A DNA stretch of 64,000 nucleotides from Bugula neritina (lineage: Eukaryota > Animalia > Bryozoa): positions 12,948,722 through 13,012,721 of the forward strand of contig OZ037766.1 in the NCBI GenBank assembly GCA_964035545.1. Reading direction: 5' to 3'. The notes below the pieces were generated by a model that saw only the letters and a program-made list of their open reading frames with translations, made no database searches and was not told where the DNA came from. Below, one piece after another: positions 14,001-25,292 of the stretch (position 1 is the first letter of the stretch; each line of letters opens with the position of its first letter). Made by a program: the position numbers and the translations under genes.

Positions 14001-16413
14001 ATTTGCCGAGTGCTGTATAGTAACGGTGCCTCATTGTATTACTGTGGAACATACGTACATGTTGTAAAGGAGCTAACATGTGTACTTACATCTTTCTATG
14101 CTAGATGTTAAACATTGCATTTCCACCAAAGAACATGGCTTAGGAGAGTAGCACTATTATTTGAACTATATATACACAAAGTTTGCAAACTATCTAATAT
14201 ATATTTATATACTATCTTACTAGCAGTGCCTTACATAGGAAAACCGTAATGTATTGACATACACACCAGGGTTGGGGTAATTGTAATTTGTAATTGTAAT
14301 TGGTTGTTTTAATTACATTTTCGCAAGTAATTAAATGTAATTTGTAATTGATGTATAAAAATGTTATTGTAATTAATTATACATATCAAATGTAATTGAT
14401 TTTTACAATTACTTTATAATTACATGTCAATTACTTCAAACTTTCAAATCTCAAAAATTTCATGCTTTTCCTATTATGCCTAATGTTAAATAACAAGTTT
14501 AGATTAGCTAGGTCAATGTAGTATAGTATCACTATTGAGCACAAAGAAGGTTCTCCACTGCCAAAATTGCCCCAAATGATTTAAGGTAAAAATGACCCAG
14601 GTAAAAATGGCATGATAAAAATGGCACAGGTAAAAATGGCATGATAAAAATGGCACAGGTAAAAATGGCACTGATAATAAGGGCATAAATGGAAGAGTAG
14701 GAAAAAAGGCACACTAATGTTAAATTTTCCCAAACCCCAAAAACCAAACCCTCAACCCATGAAACCCAACCCCAAACTCAAACTCCCATTTCTAAACCTA
14801 AATCCCCACCCAACCACTCCCCAAACCCTAAAATTGAAAATGTGACATTTTTCCTACTTATCCATTTTTACCATTATTGCCGGTGCCATTTTTACCTGTG
14901 CCATTTTTACCGGACACTGCCACAGGTAGTTGAACCCTAGAAGCGATATTGCATAGCTTCTATTTATCCCTTGTGTGAACAAAAGTAATTGTAACTGTAA
15001 TTAATTACATTGCCATGTAATAGACCCCAACCCTGAGTCATACATATATACATGCATATGTAATATAGTCATCTTACGCACACATGTGCACATACACAAT
15101 GCTGTAGAACTGGGTCTAACTTACAGGGTTTTGGCTTGCGGAGTCGTTCTTTGACCCCAGCTGGGAAAGGTAAGAGCAGCAGTGGAGGTCTTGTTACGAC
15201 TGGTGGCTGTAGAGTGCTGAGAGCCTCCATTGTCATGGTAACCATTATAATAGTTTTCTGTTTCTGAAATATTTCTTGTTCTCCACTTTGCCTGATCACT
15301 TTTCTGTGAGTGGCTGTGATGGCAAAAGAAAATATATTCAGTGAAATCAAACTATCTCATTCAGTTTTACTATGAATATATAAAATACACGAAAGGTTCT
15401 TTTAGAATGTGACATATTAAAAACTTCAAATATATTATTTTGATAAACTTAGTAATTCTATATTACTACTTTTACAAAGTGCTTGGAAGCTTAATATAGT
15501 TGATATGAGCAATGTGAAGACAATTAAACATAAATTTTTTCTTGCTTGTTTACAACATAGGAAATAGCAGAGTTTGAATAAAGGAGTAATGTTTAGATCA
15601 CACTTTTTGTCTACTAATTTATAATAATGTGACGTAGACTAACCGTGAAGAAACAGAACTCCCGGCAGACTCAGTGAAGAAGCCATAGTTAGCGAACCCT
15701 CCACTGTGTCTTCGCCTTTGATAACTCTGAGGTAGTCGAAAAACAGCGCCTGGCAAATGGTTTCTGACATAACCCCATTCAGATGTTATTCCTCGAGGAA
15801 AGTATTCCCTCGGATCCAGCCTTACAGCTGGTTTGGTAAACTGAACTTCGCTACTTGTTTCACTATCATAATATTCTACTTCATTCTATAACAGGTAAAC
15901 AATTATTTAATGTAAAATAATTGCCTCCACTGGGAATAGAACCACAGACCCTCAGGCTTGCCAACTAGCGTGCTAACCATTACACCACAGGGGCTACTGG
16001 GGAATCTCAACACTACATTAATTTAATGGAATAAATAATTTTATATTAATTTGCTTTATTGAAACAACTTTTGAACTACTATGGAATTATTACATAGCGC
16101 AATTTAACATTAAATCCTACCATTTGCTATTCATGCTATAGTAGCCTTATGGCATGAATACTTTAAAAGATGAGCAGGTTTTTTCTACTTATGAAATAAT
16201 GGTTCTCTTTATAATAAGTGTAACCCAGTGAATCACAGCAAAATTAATAAAGACGTAAGAAGACTCATCATTCAAAAGTTTTTTGACAATATAATCACCC
16301 TGAAGCTACTAGCCAAATCAGCTGTAAAAGCACTTCGCCAACACAAAGTTCACAAGAATGATTTTTTTGTTGATGAAATTTTTATCAATACTTACTTTTT
16401 CTCTGCGGTTCAT
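1..16413 (-). CDS. Type II transmembrane protein with two SEA domains followed by a giant Thr/Ser/Glu-rich mucin-like repeat domain (3' end outside the window)
   Basis: Phase-consistent GT-AG exons: 16413-16396 (MNRREK), 15885-15644, 15313-15125, 13712-13549 (KRRISRPC-MAIGAITTISIILAASLTVGILVA = signal-anchor), 12933-12815 (SLTGSMRILNLTYIEEYSQDSSTEYLALQEDFC), 10943-10873, 9958-9801 (RNGSVIITYELKF), 9421-9344, 9083-8912 (YNASTTLNKTFSVELHDPNSQVFKREAAEFC), 5739-5579 (QEGSVIVIFVVVF), 5297-1 (e.g. TTEEEPIETTTEAPKFSSESTT). Total 6669 nt = 2223 codons in the window. The last exon was spot-translated, not read codon by codon. Confidence 0.85.
12107..12451. mobile_element. hAT-type non-autonomous DNA transposon (MITE)
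   Basis: Imperfect TIRs CAGGCGTGTCCAA / TTGGACAGCCCTG. 8-bp TSD tgctatgg / tactatgg (7/8). Internal GGGCCAC/GGCC motifs. No ORF. Confidence 0.8.
13168..13241 (+). pseudogene. Degraded tRNA-derived fragment (SINE head or tRNA pseudogene)
   Basis: B-box GGTTCGATTCC at ~13219-13230 with a decayed A-box-like TGTAGTATTGTTG upstream. The cloverleaf is poor. Confidence 0.5.
14267..15035. mobile_element. hAT-like MITE (copy 1) with TIR CAGGGTTGGGGT and (GTAATT)n subterminal repeats; interrupted by a nested insertion
   Basis: Begins CAGGGTTGGGGT and ends ACCCCAACCCTG. Homologous in inverted orientation to 20062-20463. TSD is decayed (5/8). Confidence 0.8.
14574..14917. mobile_element. Nested foldback-like element with (GGTAAAAATGGCAC) subterminal inverted repeats and an AACCC-rich core
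   Basis: Absent from the homologous MITE copy at 20062-20463. Left arm has tandem GGTAAAAATGGCAC/GATAAAAATGGCAC. Right arm has GTGCCATTTTTACC x2. Flanked by tgcccc/tgccac. Confidence 0.7.
15923..15994 (-). pseudogene. tRNA-like 72-nt element (tRNA pseudogene or tRNA-derived SINE head)
   Basis: Minus strand GCCCCTGTGGTGTAATGGTTAGCACGCTAGTTGGCAAGCCTGAGGGTCTGTGGTTCTATTCCCAGTGGAGGC. A-box and D-arm are good, B-box is mutated (GGTTCTATTCC), anticodon stem does not pair. Confidence 0.65.
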
Positions 16414-17627
16414 GTTGAAAGACTTAGTTCTTTACCATTGTTGCTGTAAAGTAAGTTTTTCAGTGATGATGTCGCACAGTTTTGCGTGTATCAAACAGCA
16501 TGGCTAATAAACACGATAGCTACTAATACATGTGCATGTGGATGTAGTATTCAGTTTAATAGTTTCTACTCTTTTTACAGTCAGCAAACCAAACTGGCAA
16601 TGATTTAGTGCCACGCCTAAACGTAATCAATGAGGGCCAAGAGGTAGTCAAACATTTATTTTATACATACAGCAAACATATAAGGTGTACTGTTTGCATA
16701 GTGAATTGTATAGTCTTTGCTGCGCCATTGTTACCAAAATTTGACTCATAAATTTTGGGAACATGTGGAACAAACAAATTGAGCATTGAAATCAGTTTGT
16801 TTTTATACTACCTTGAAATTTTGCATTTTGTTCCAAAAAGTTAATGCATTTTGAAAAAATAGGTGAAAGATTGCGATGTATTTTTCTTGTTTTTATTTCA
16901 TGAGGTAGTAATGTTATGGAGCCATTTTGAAACACTACTACTCGGCTATTGAACTTTTTTCAGCCAATTAAAACCACAACTGTTGAGAAGAGAAGCAAGT
17001 ACTTGGGTTTTATTGGAGCTCTCTATACCAGCAACTCTCTTCTATACTCAGAAGTATGACAGAGAGTTGCCTGATGACCACTGTGACTTTCAATACGAAG
17101 CAAAATATTCTTTAGAATCAATGCAACTCTGTTCTTATAAAAACATTTCCTAATTTTTATGTTGTACGGCAGCATCACAGTTTCTAATTTATAATAAGGC
17201 AACTGAAAATTCAAACATGTTGTTTCTTAAAATATGTTAAAATACAACAGAGGTGAAACAATCATGATTATTGCATGCTCTATATAAGCTGTCAGGCATA
17301 GAATGATGTTAAGTAACCTAAAAATGAAGTAAGTTTCAACAGAGCAAAGTTGAAGGTTCTTTTTAATAATGTGATTGCTTAAAGAAGAAATATACCTTAT
17401 TGAGGTTCTTATTGCCTTGTGTACATAGTGCATTAGCACCAATGTCAAATGTTTGTATAACTGTTGAGGTATAATTCACTCTTTTGTTGAATACAGAATA
17501 TAAAGCATATTAGGCTATTAGGTTCATATTACAATATCCACCCTCTCACATTGCTATAAACATGCATACATGTCAAAAGTATACAACCCATTAATTGATT
17601 TACATAAATATTGTCCTAGTTTGTTAT

Positions 17628-17630
<3 letters not shown>

Positions 17631-17714
<84 letters not shown>
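17631..17714. repeat. (TA)n microsatellite
   Basis: About 42 TA units with one interruption. Confidence 0.95.
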
Positions 17715-18629
17715 GTTAATGTTTTTGGCTTTTTTCTTGCTCCATTAAAAAATAGGATTTATTTTTTAGAAATACATGAACTAATATATTATTAATCAGT
17801 AATAGGAAACAACAATTTGCCTCCTCAATCTATAAAACTATGTTTATCATGCTTTTTTTAGTTGTGGTTATTTAGACATATCACATTACTATTTTTTAAA
17901 TAAGAAATTATTACCCTTTTTTGTGGCTTTTTTTCATCGCCCAGTTTGCAATTTAATGTTTACACTTTAAAAATTATTGTGTTCATTTTATAACATTATT
18001 ATAATCTGCATATATAATATATGTTATTAGTATACCGTTTTGCTATATCATGCTAAGACATAGTATTAGCTTTCAGTATTTTTATTCAAAATATCACAGT
18101 AATGCACAGTACAGGATTATTCACAAAACCATTACTCTATTGCTATAATCTAAACTTTAGTCAAATAAATACTATTCATGTACACAATTGCAATTTACAA
18201 CAAATTAACAATAATATGATCATGAACAACTATGTATAAAATTACATAAATCATGTGTGTGGAAAAAATAGTGGTTAGAAATACCTTACAAATAATTATG
18301 TTATATCTAAAATAAAGAAATTCCTATTTTAAAATCTCTCTTTGAACATTGTACAATATTGGCACAAGTTCTTACATAAAAATATGTATAGTATTATCAA
18401 TGATTGAAAATTTCAAGCTGTGAATTGTAACTAATATGTAGTTAAAAAATAGTATTGGTAAAATTAATTAAATAACGTTTGATGTCAGCTACAAAACATA
18501 AATATATATAATCTAAAGGTGATTGAAATAATTGTAAAACATAAATATAAGTTAATCAAAATATAGAACTGTATAAATATTTTATTACGAACAAATTTGA
18601 GGTTTAATGGATGTCAAAACAGGAGTTGG

Positions 18630-21600
18630 TCAATCATAGGAGTGTTCCAATAACTTCTTCAACTCGCTAGTGTAAATGTCAACACTATCTTGATCATAAA
18701 GGACAAAATATACATTCTTTATAGAGCTTGCCATTATGGTCTGAAAATACCGCTCTATAGCCCGGAGGATGGTCTCTGCAGCCAGCTGCTTTGGCCATCC
18801 CGCACTAAAAGAGATTCAAAATAATAACGACTGGTTTGCAAAGTAGCTTTTAAACTTTACTTTTTTAGATGAATGGAATATAAATGGGTACTGCAGATAG
18901 CAAAAAATAACATTAATGCCAATCATACATCATACTTTAAAACCACAACTCCATTTCAGATTTCTTCTTTTCTAATTTGAATTAAAATAGAACACTACAC
19001 CTTAAAACCATAGCTTTTATCCCACTTTTAAAAGGTCAAAGGTTAATTTTAATTTCTTCATCAAAATAAAATTTCAACCTGCAGTAAAGTGATCATGTCA
19101 ACAGTCAACAATGATATCAACAGCATATTAAGAGTTTTCTTAACTACATATATACAGCCTAAGCATGACTTGTACTTCTTTGACAGTATATTGTTGATCA
19201 AATATGATAATTTTAAGAGCACAAAATAGGTTATGCACGCATTTACGCACTTGCAATTGCGGTAACTTTTCCCTAAGCTGACTTACCCCACCAAACTATA
19301 ACCACAAACATACAGTTACATAACACACTCACTTTCCACTGCCAATGGAGGGCAAGGCAATAGACTTGATATGCTCCTTGTCTGCTATTTTGAAGCAATT
19401 CTCCACAGACTTCTGTAGGTCAGTGATGCCGTTAGACTTGCTCCAAGAAGGAGAGTTGCAATGTATAATTTTAGCAGCTTCTATATTGTACATATCAGAC
19501 ATGGACACTGAAATTATAAACAGTACAAATAGGGATTACATTCTGTCTGAATCACATGGCTTAAGCTGACCAAACAGGTAGAACAAGTTTACATGCAGAA
19601 ATTTCAATTCTAAAGCATATGCTAATATCACAGTATGATTCGATATGATTGACAAAAAATATAACCTAAAACTGCTTTAAAAAGAAGCTGGTGCCGAAAT
19701 AAAGTTGTTACCTCCATTGTAAACCTTTAATTGAAGTTGAAAAAAATTATACAGGTAATGCCTAGCAATTCATGGGAATAAAATATGTATGTACTATACA
19801 CTCTAACAAATAAACAGGATATGTACTATATACTCTAGTAATTAAACAGGATATGTACTATATACTCTAGCAATTAAACAAGAAATGTACTATACACGCT
19901 ACCAATTAAACAAGAAATGTATTATACACTCTACCAATTAAACAACCTGTAAGTGCTGAAATGTGAAAAAGATTAGCCTGAGAAGAAAAATTCAAGTTCT
20001 AATGTCGTTTCTTGGTCTTATTCTAGCGCTGGGTAACAGCTAGGCTTACCTACCTGCCTGCCAGGGTTGGGGTCAATTACATATAACTGTAATTAATTAC
20101 AATTACATTTGTTCTCACAAGGGATAAATAGAAGCTATACAATCTCACTTCTAGGGTCCAACTGCCAGGGGCAATTTTGATAGTGGTAAATCTCTTTTGT
20201 TCTCAACATTGACACTATACCAAATTGAATTAATTTGAACTTATGTTATCTAACAGTAGGCATGGCAGGAAAAGTATGAAATTTTAAAATTTGGAGTAAT
20301 TGACATGTAGTTTTTAAAATAATTGAAAAAATCAATTACATTAGATGTGTAATTAATTACAATTACGTTTTTATACACCAATTAAAAATTACATTCAATT
20401 ACTTGAAAAAATGTAATTAATTACAGCAAATTACAATTACAAATTACAATTACCCCAACCCTGCTACCTGCCTACTCACCTACTACCTACCTACTCACCT
20501 ACTACCTACCTATCTATCTACTCACATACCTACCCATCTACCTACCTGCCTACTCACCTACTACCTACCTACCTGCTTACTCACCTACTACCTACCTATT
20601 TATCTAAACACCTACTACATACCTATCTACCTGCCTACTCACCTACTACCTACCTATCTATCTACACACATACCTACCTATCATCTATCTATAAATAGAT
20701 GCTTTCTACTTTAAATTAGATCAGATTAAAAGCTGATCATATGAACTCTACAACTTTAAACCTGCAGCAGGTAAACTTCACATCTACACCAACCTCCACA
20801 TGTAGGAAGGTTGCCCTCAGCTCTGAGACTATCTAAGGCTGTTTGATAGAGCAGACCTCCAGCTCTGGAGAGAACTTGACCCACCTGACCAGAGGTTGAG
20901 TACGTAGCATTGGTAGGATGTACAATAGCTTCACTGTTGATCTGTGAAATGTCTCCCATCACAACAAACAACTAGAAACGTATACAGTTGGGTGTACACA
21001 AACTGTTTTATTATTGTTGGTTGTCTTATGCTTTACCCTTGTTGATCATTACTAACAGCATCTTGTGATACCATAAACAATAGTATGGTATTTGGTAATA
21101 TAGTAATGCATCTGGGTTAAGCGAATAATGAAGATTGTCAATTGATGTTAGATCAATTCACTATTATTGATCATTGCCAATACTATTTGGTGTGTAATAC
21201 TGATATTTGGGGTAAGTAGAACAATAACAGACAAAATTATAATAAAGAAGGGGGATCTAAATGTATTTTGATACTGTTTAAAAACCCACACCTTTTGTTA
21301 CTAAAAATTGCTAGGACTTTAGCTTGACACCAACCTTCTGGCCTAGAAACAGCCTGCCTTCTGAAAGCACAGGCAGTATGGGATGCGGCACAGCTTTGAG
21401 AGTTGAGACTTGAGAAGCTTTCCCACTACTTGTACAACTAGTGCTAGTAGCTGAGGCTCTGCCAGTAGCCTTAGCAGCTGACGGAGACGCTACATGCAGC
21501 TTCTTCCTTGACTTCTTCACAGTTCCAACTACCTTAATAGCGCTACTCTGTAAATACCATAGAAAAAAATGTTGTTCCATAAACTTGCCTACATATTATC

Positions 21601-22925
21601 ATACACAGAAAAGCTTGTACTCTTTTATTCAATACTGTTTTAGACATTTGTTCCAATAGATGCATCAAAATCAATATTCACAGTAAAAACTTTATTAGCT
21701 GATCACTCTTAGGTATTGTCATTACACGATGTTCGATATGCCAAAGAATTTGACTTGGAATGATAAGACAAGATGACACAAGGAGGCAATTGTGAGCAGA
21801 TGCTTGTTCTAACACTTGTAGAACCTTTCACTCATAGCCTGGTGCCAGCTGATTTATATCACACAGTGTCTATTTCATTATTAAATATTTAACCAATTAT
21901 GGCACTGAGTTTATTTACTAAAGCAATTGCCACTATCGTATTACCAGGACTGTTATTATTCAATATAATCAATTTATTATGTAAGTTTTAGTTTAGTGAA
22001 CCAGAGACACATAAACAGTAGCTGAGACATAAAATAACTGAAGTAACTACCTTCCTTGTACTACCAGCTTTATTAGTCTTTGAAACTTGAGATGGTAGGA
22101 GTTCGACATTGATGTGCACCATATTACCACCCTCTGAGAAGGTGACATCCTGGCACAACTGCAATGTAATAATTATGAGCCCTCAAAGGTGACAAATATA
22201 CCAGAGTTACAACTTTAAGACTATATAGAGTATAGAAGTTGTTAGCTTACAAATAAATGGCTTGAGCAATAACCAGTTGATAAGAGAAATTGAAAGGCTT
22301 CGAGACACATACCTTATATTGTGTGTTGTAAAATTGAATCAAGGAAAATTGAGTATTTTTATTGTAAATAAAGAGAAAAGATATCAAAGTGTACAAGAGT
22401 AATATATACCTTACTCAGCTCCGAATCATGTCCTACAGCCAGTCTCACATCACGTGGCCGAATTCTTTTCTTTCTGTTGTCTCTCGCACTGTTAGCAGCG
22501 AGTTCCAAAACCTCAGCTGCCAATACACAGTTTGAAGTAATGGTAAACAATTTGAATACAAAATGCTATAAGCACATTCCGAAGAAAAATTTTGTCAACA
22601 GTTTTTTGGATTATGAGCTTTTAAATAAACAATATGCAAAGAAAACAGACATTTTTTTAAGTGTGTTAATTTGCTTTAGGATTTGCAACACTAAAAGTTC
22701 TTTTTAATAGCCGTGGAATTATTTTAGGACAGAATATTTAAAATTACTAACAGAAAGTATTAAACCTGATAAATATTCTAGAACAGCAGACAAGTATACC
22801 GGGGCGCCAGAGCCCAGACGCATGTGAGGGATTTGGTTTCTTAGATGCCTTGCGATGCGTCCAACAGGAAATATTGTACCGGCTCGCTTAGAACGAGGTG
22901 TTTTAATTTTTGCTTTTCCTTTCAT
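18630..22925 (-). CDS. macroH2A: Core histone macroH2A (H2A fold + basic linker + macro domain), ~371 aa
   Basis: Exons 22925-22766, 22516-22410, 22158-22051, 21547-21335, 20971-20794, 19507-19333, 18804-18630 (1116 nt). H2A fold [16 protein letters not shown]...[28 protein letters not shown]. Macro domain [15 protein letters not shown]...AIVHPTN...IHCNSPSW...[27 protein letters not shown]...VYFVLYD. Confidence 0.95.
19789..19944. repeat. 32-nt minisatellite, 5 copies, intronic
   Basis: Unit ~ATGTACTATATACTCTAGCAATTAAACAGGAT in head-to-tail copies with gradual divergence. Confidence 0.9.
20062..20463. mobile_element. hAT-like MITE (copy 2, uninterrupted, 402 bp)
   Basis: 12-bp TIR CAGGGTTGGGGT / ACCCCAACCCTG. 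8-bp TSD ctgcctgc / ctacctgc (7/8). Many AATTAC repeats. Confidence 0.85.
20464..20690. repeat. Degenerate (CCTA/TCTA)n microsatellite
   Basis: Runs of ctac/ctat. A few units also lie left of the MITE at 20047-20061. Confidence 0.9.
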
Positions 22926-23629
22926 TTTAATCTGCAAAAAATGTTAAAGAATGACATTGACTATTGGGTAGTGCTCTTCAGTGATTTGCATAGTTTTTTT
23001 ATTCCATTGTCTATATCTAAAGGCAACTCATGGGAAACTTGGAAAAGTTTTTAATTAAAAAGTGTGATTGCTTGTATTATCAAATACTACAGATTTTGGA
23101 TATTTTTAAAATCTCAACGCCACTGGATCTAGCATCTAGCAATGTACACAATAAAAACCAAGTTTTTAATGCCAAAAGAACCAACCTATGGGGAAAATGT
23201 ACTTTCATGTCTGTTTATACAAGCAATCTGTGTGGCCCTAAAGTTTTACTGTGAGCCGTGTGGCATTGCTAATAAATAATTTATGCTTATTTAAAGAGTG
23301 CCATAGCATCATGAATAGATAATTTGGTGAATGTTAGTAACCTGACCGTTTCCAGGGCATTGTGCATCACATGCCGTAATTATCTATTGACTTCATAAAT
23401 GTTTCACACATATTCTAAACAAAAATTGACACTGGTTGGTTTGTTTTTATAAAGTACTTATTGTTTTCCATTTGGTCAAGACATACATGCTACAAAAATT
23501 GTGTAGTGTGACAAAAAAGATAGTTTTTTAAACATAAAAGTAAGCGTTTAATTTTGAATAAAAGTTTCCATTTGTTAAAACATGAATATACAGCTTTGAT
23601 GTGAGCTTAGCTTAGCTAGCAGTGATTAG

Positions 23630-24085
23630 TAATAGCTATTAGTAGTATACTCTCTTACTATTAGTATTACTATTACTATTAGCATTACTTTAGTTATTTG
23701 TATTACTATTAGACTTAGTATTAGTATTACTATTAGTATTAGTATTAGCATTATGATTATGATTACTATCAGTATTACATTTACTATTACTATTAGTATT
23801 ACTATTACTATTAGTACTAGTAGTACTACTACTGAGTACTAGTATTACTAGTACTTAGTAGTAGTACTAGTAGTACTACTACTGAGTACTAGTATTACTA
23901 GTAGTATTACTATTACAATTAGACTTAGTATTAGCATTAGTAATACTAATACTAATACTAATAGTATTTACTATTTACATTTAGTATTACTATTAGTATT
24001 ACTATTAGTAATAGTATTACTATTAGTAGTATTACTATTAATTAGTATTACTATTAGTATTAGTATTAGCATTGCCATTAGCTAA
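23630..24085. repeat. (TAT/TAG/TAC)n low-complexity tract in the presumed first intron of macroH2A
   Basis: Continuous tattac/tattag/tagtac units. Confidence 0.9.
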
Positions 24086-25292
24086 GTAAATTTTAGGTAA
24101 ATATAAAAAGAGGCCCTCGACGTTAGAGTGTATTATTATATTACATTGACATACTGGTAGTGGCATTCATATTGATATTTATTCACTTTCACTTTACATG
24201 CTGGTAACTAGTAACTAGTAACTGTTAAGTTAACCACCGTGCAGAGATTCAGGTAGCTATGTATGAATAGGCGGGTTGTTTCCGGTCACGCCTATCGAAT
24301 ATGGCTATCCCCAAGCAACAGAGTGATGTATACGAATATTGCTAGAAGCAGCACCGAGCGGGGTGACTGAGTACAGTATTTGTATACACATCATTGTCAT
24401 TCCAGAAAATGATCTTGTCACTGCCTAGGAATTATATTTCAGTGGTTCTAAGATGTAACTTAAACACAATTCAAGAAAACACTATTCATGTAATAATATC
24501 TATTCACATTAAAGAATGCTATTTCATAAAGACACCATACATAAATAATTACGTGTATGTATATATCTATACTCTATGACCTCTATGCAAACATAGGCCA
24601 GAATCTAGAAAGACAGTAACTCATCTTCAGAAGCAGTTGTGTTGAGAAATAACTGACTTTAATTTATTAATTCCTGTATATTACATGATTTAAAGTTGAG
24701 CTCTCTCGTGCAATCATTTTAAAAGCAACTTTGACTTATCTTATTACTCTTAATTTATGTTGATACAGGCTAATATTATTGCATTTACTAATAACATACA
24801 GCGCATATACCTGAATACAGGTATTAAGTAGTTTCTGAAAGCAATTTTGTTTTATTTACAATAAATAGTTTTATTTTATTCATATATTTGATGATCGATA
24901 TCAAGAAAGTATATATGAATGAGTATAAACTACAAAATATTATTTTGTATTATTTGTATAGTTTACTAGAATAATGTATGTTATAATAATTATTTCAATC
25001 GAATACAAGAAAACTCCAAAATACAGCAACTTTATACCATGTTCCTATTTATTAAGATTGATACACCTCAAACAATATATGATTTTGTGTGTGGATTGTG
25101 TGAAATACCATTATATATCATTTGCCTGTTAGTAACTTTCTTAAAAATTTAAGCCAAATAACTCTTGCTGTAGAATTACAATCCAAGATAGATATAAAAT
25201 ATGTTGGCACTCTTTTAGTATCAATTAACCTTACAGATTGTGGCCAACATAAATAAATAAATTCATAGTGATATGCCAGTCAATGTTCCACA

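Noticed and set aside
15069-15350. Listed 93-aa minus ORF as the coding frame
   Set aside because: Splice phases require a different frame (HSQKSDQAKWRT...QAKTL) for exon 15313-15125.
15923-15994. Functional tRNA gene
   Set aside because: Anticodon stem unpaired, T-loop mutated and acceptor stem mismatched. Treated as a pseudogene/SINE head.
19789-19944. 32-nt repeats as a possible CRISPR array
   Set aside because: Head-to-tail with no spacers, inside a eukaryotic intron, and no cas genes.
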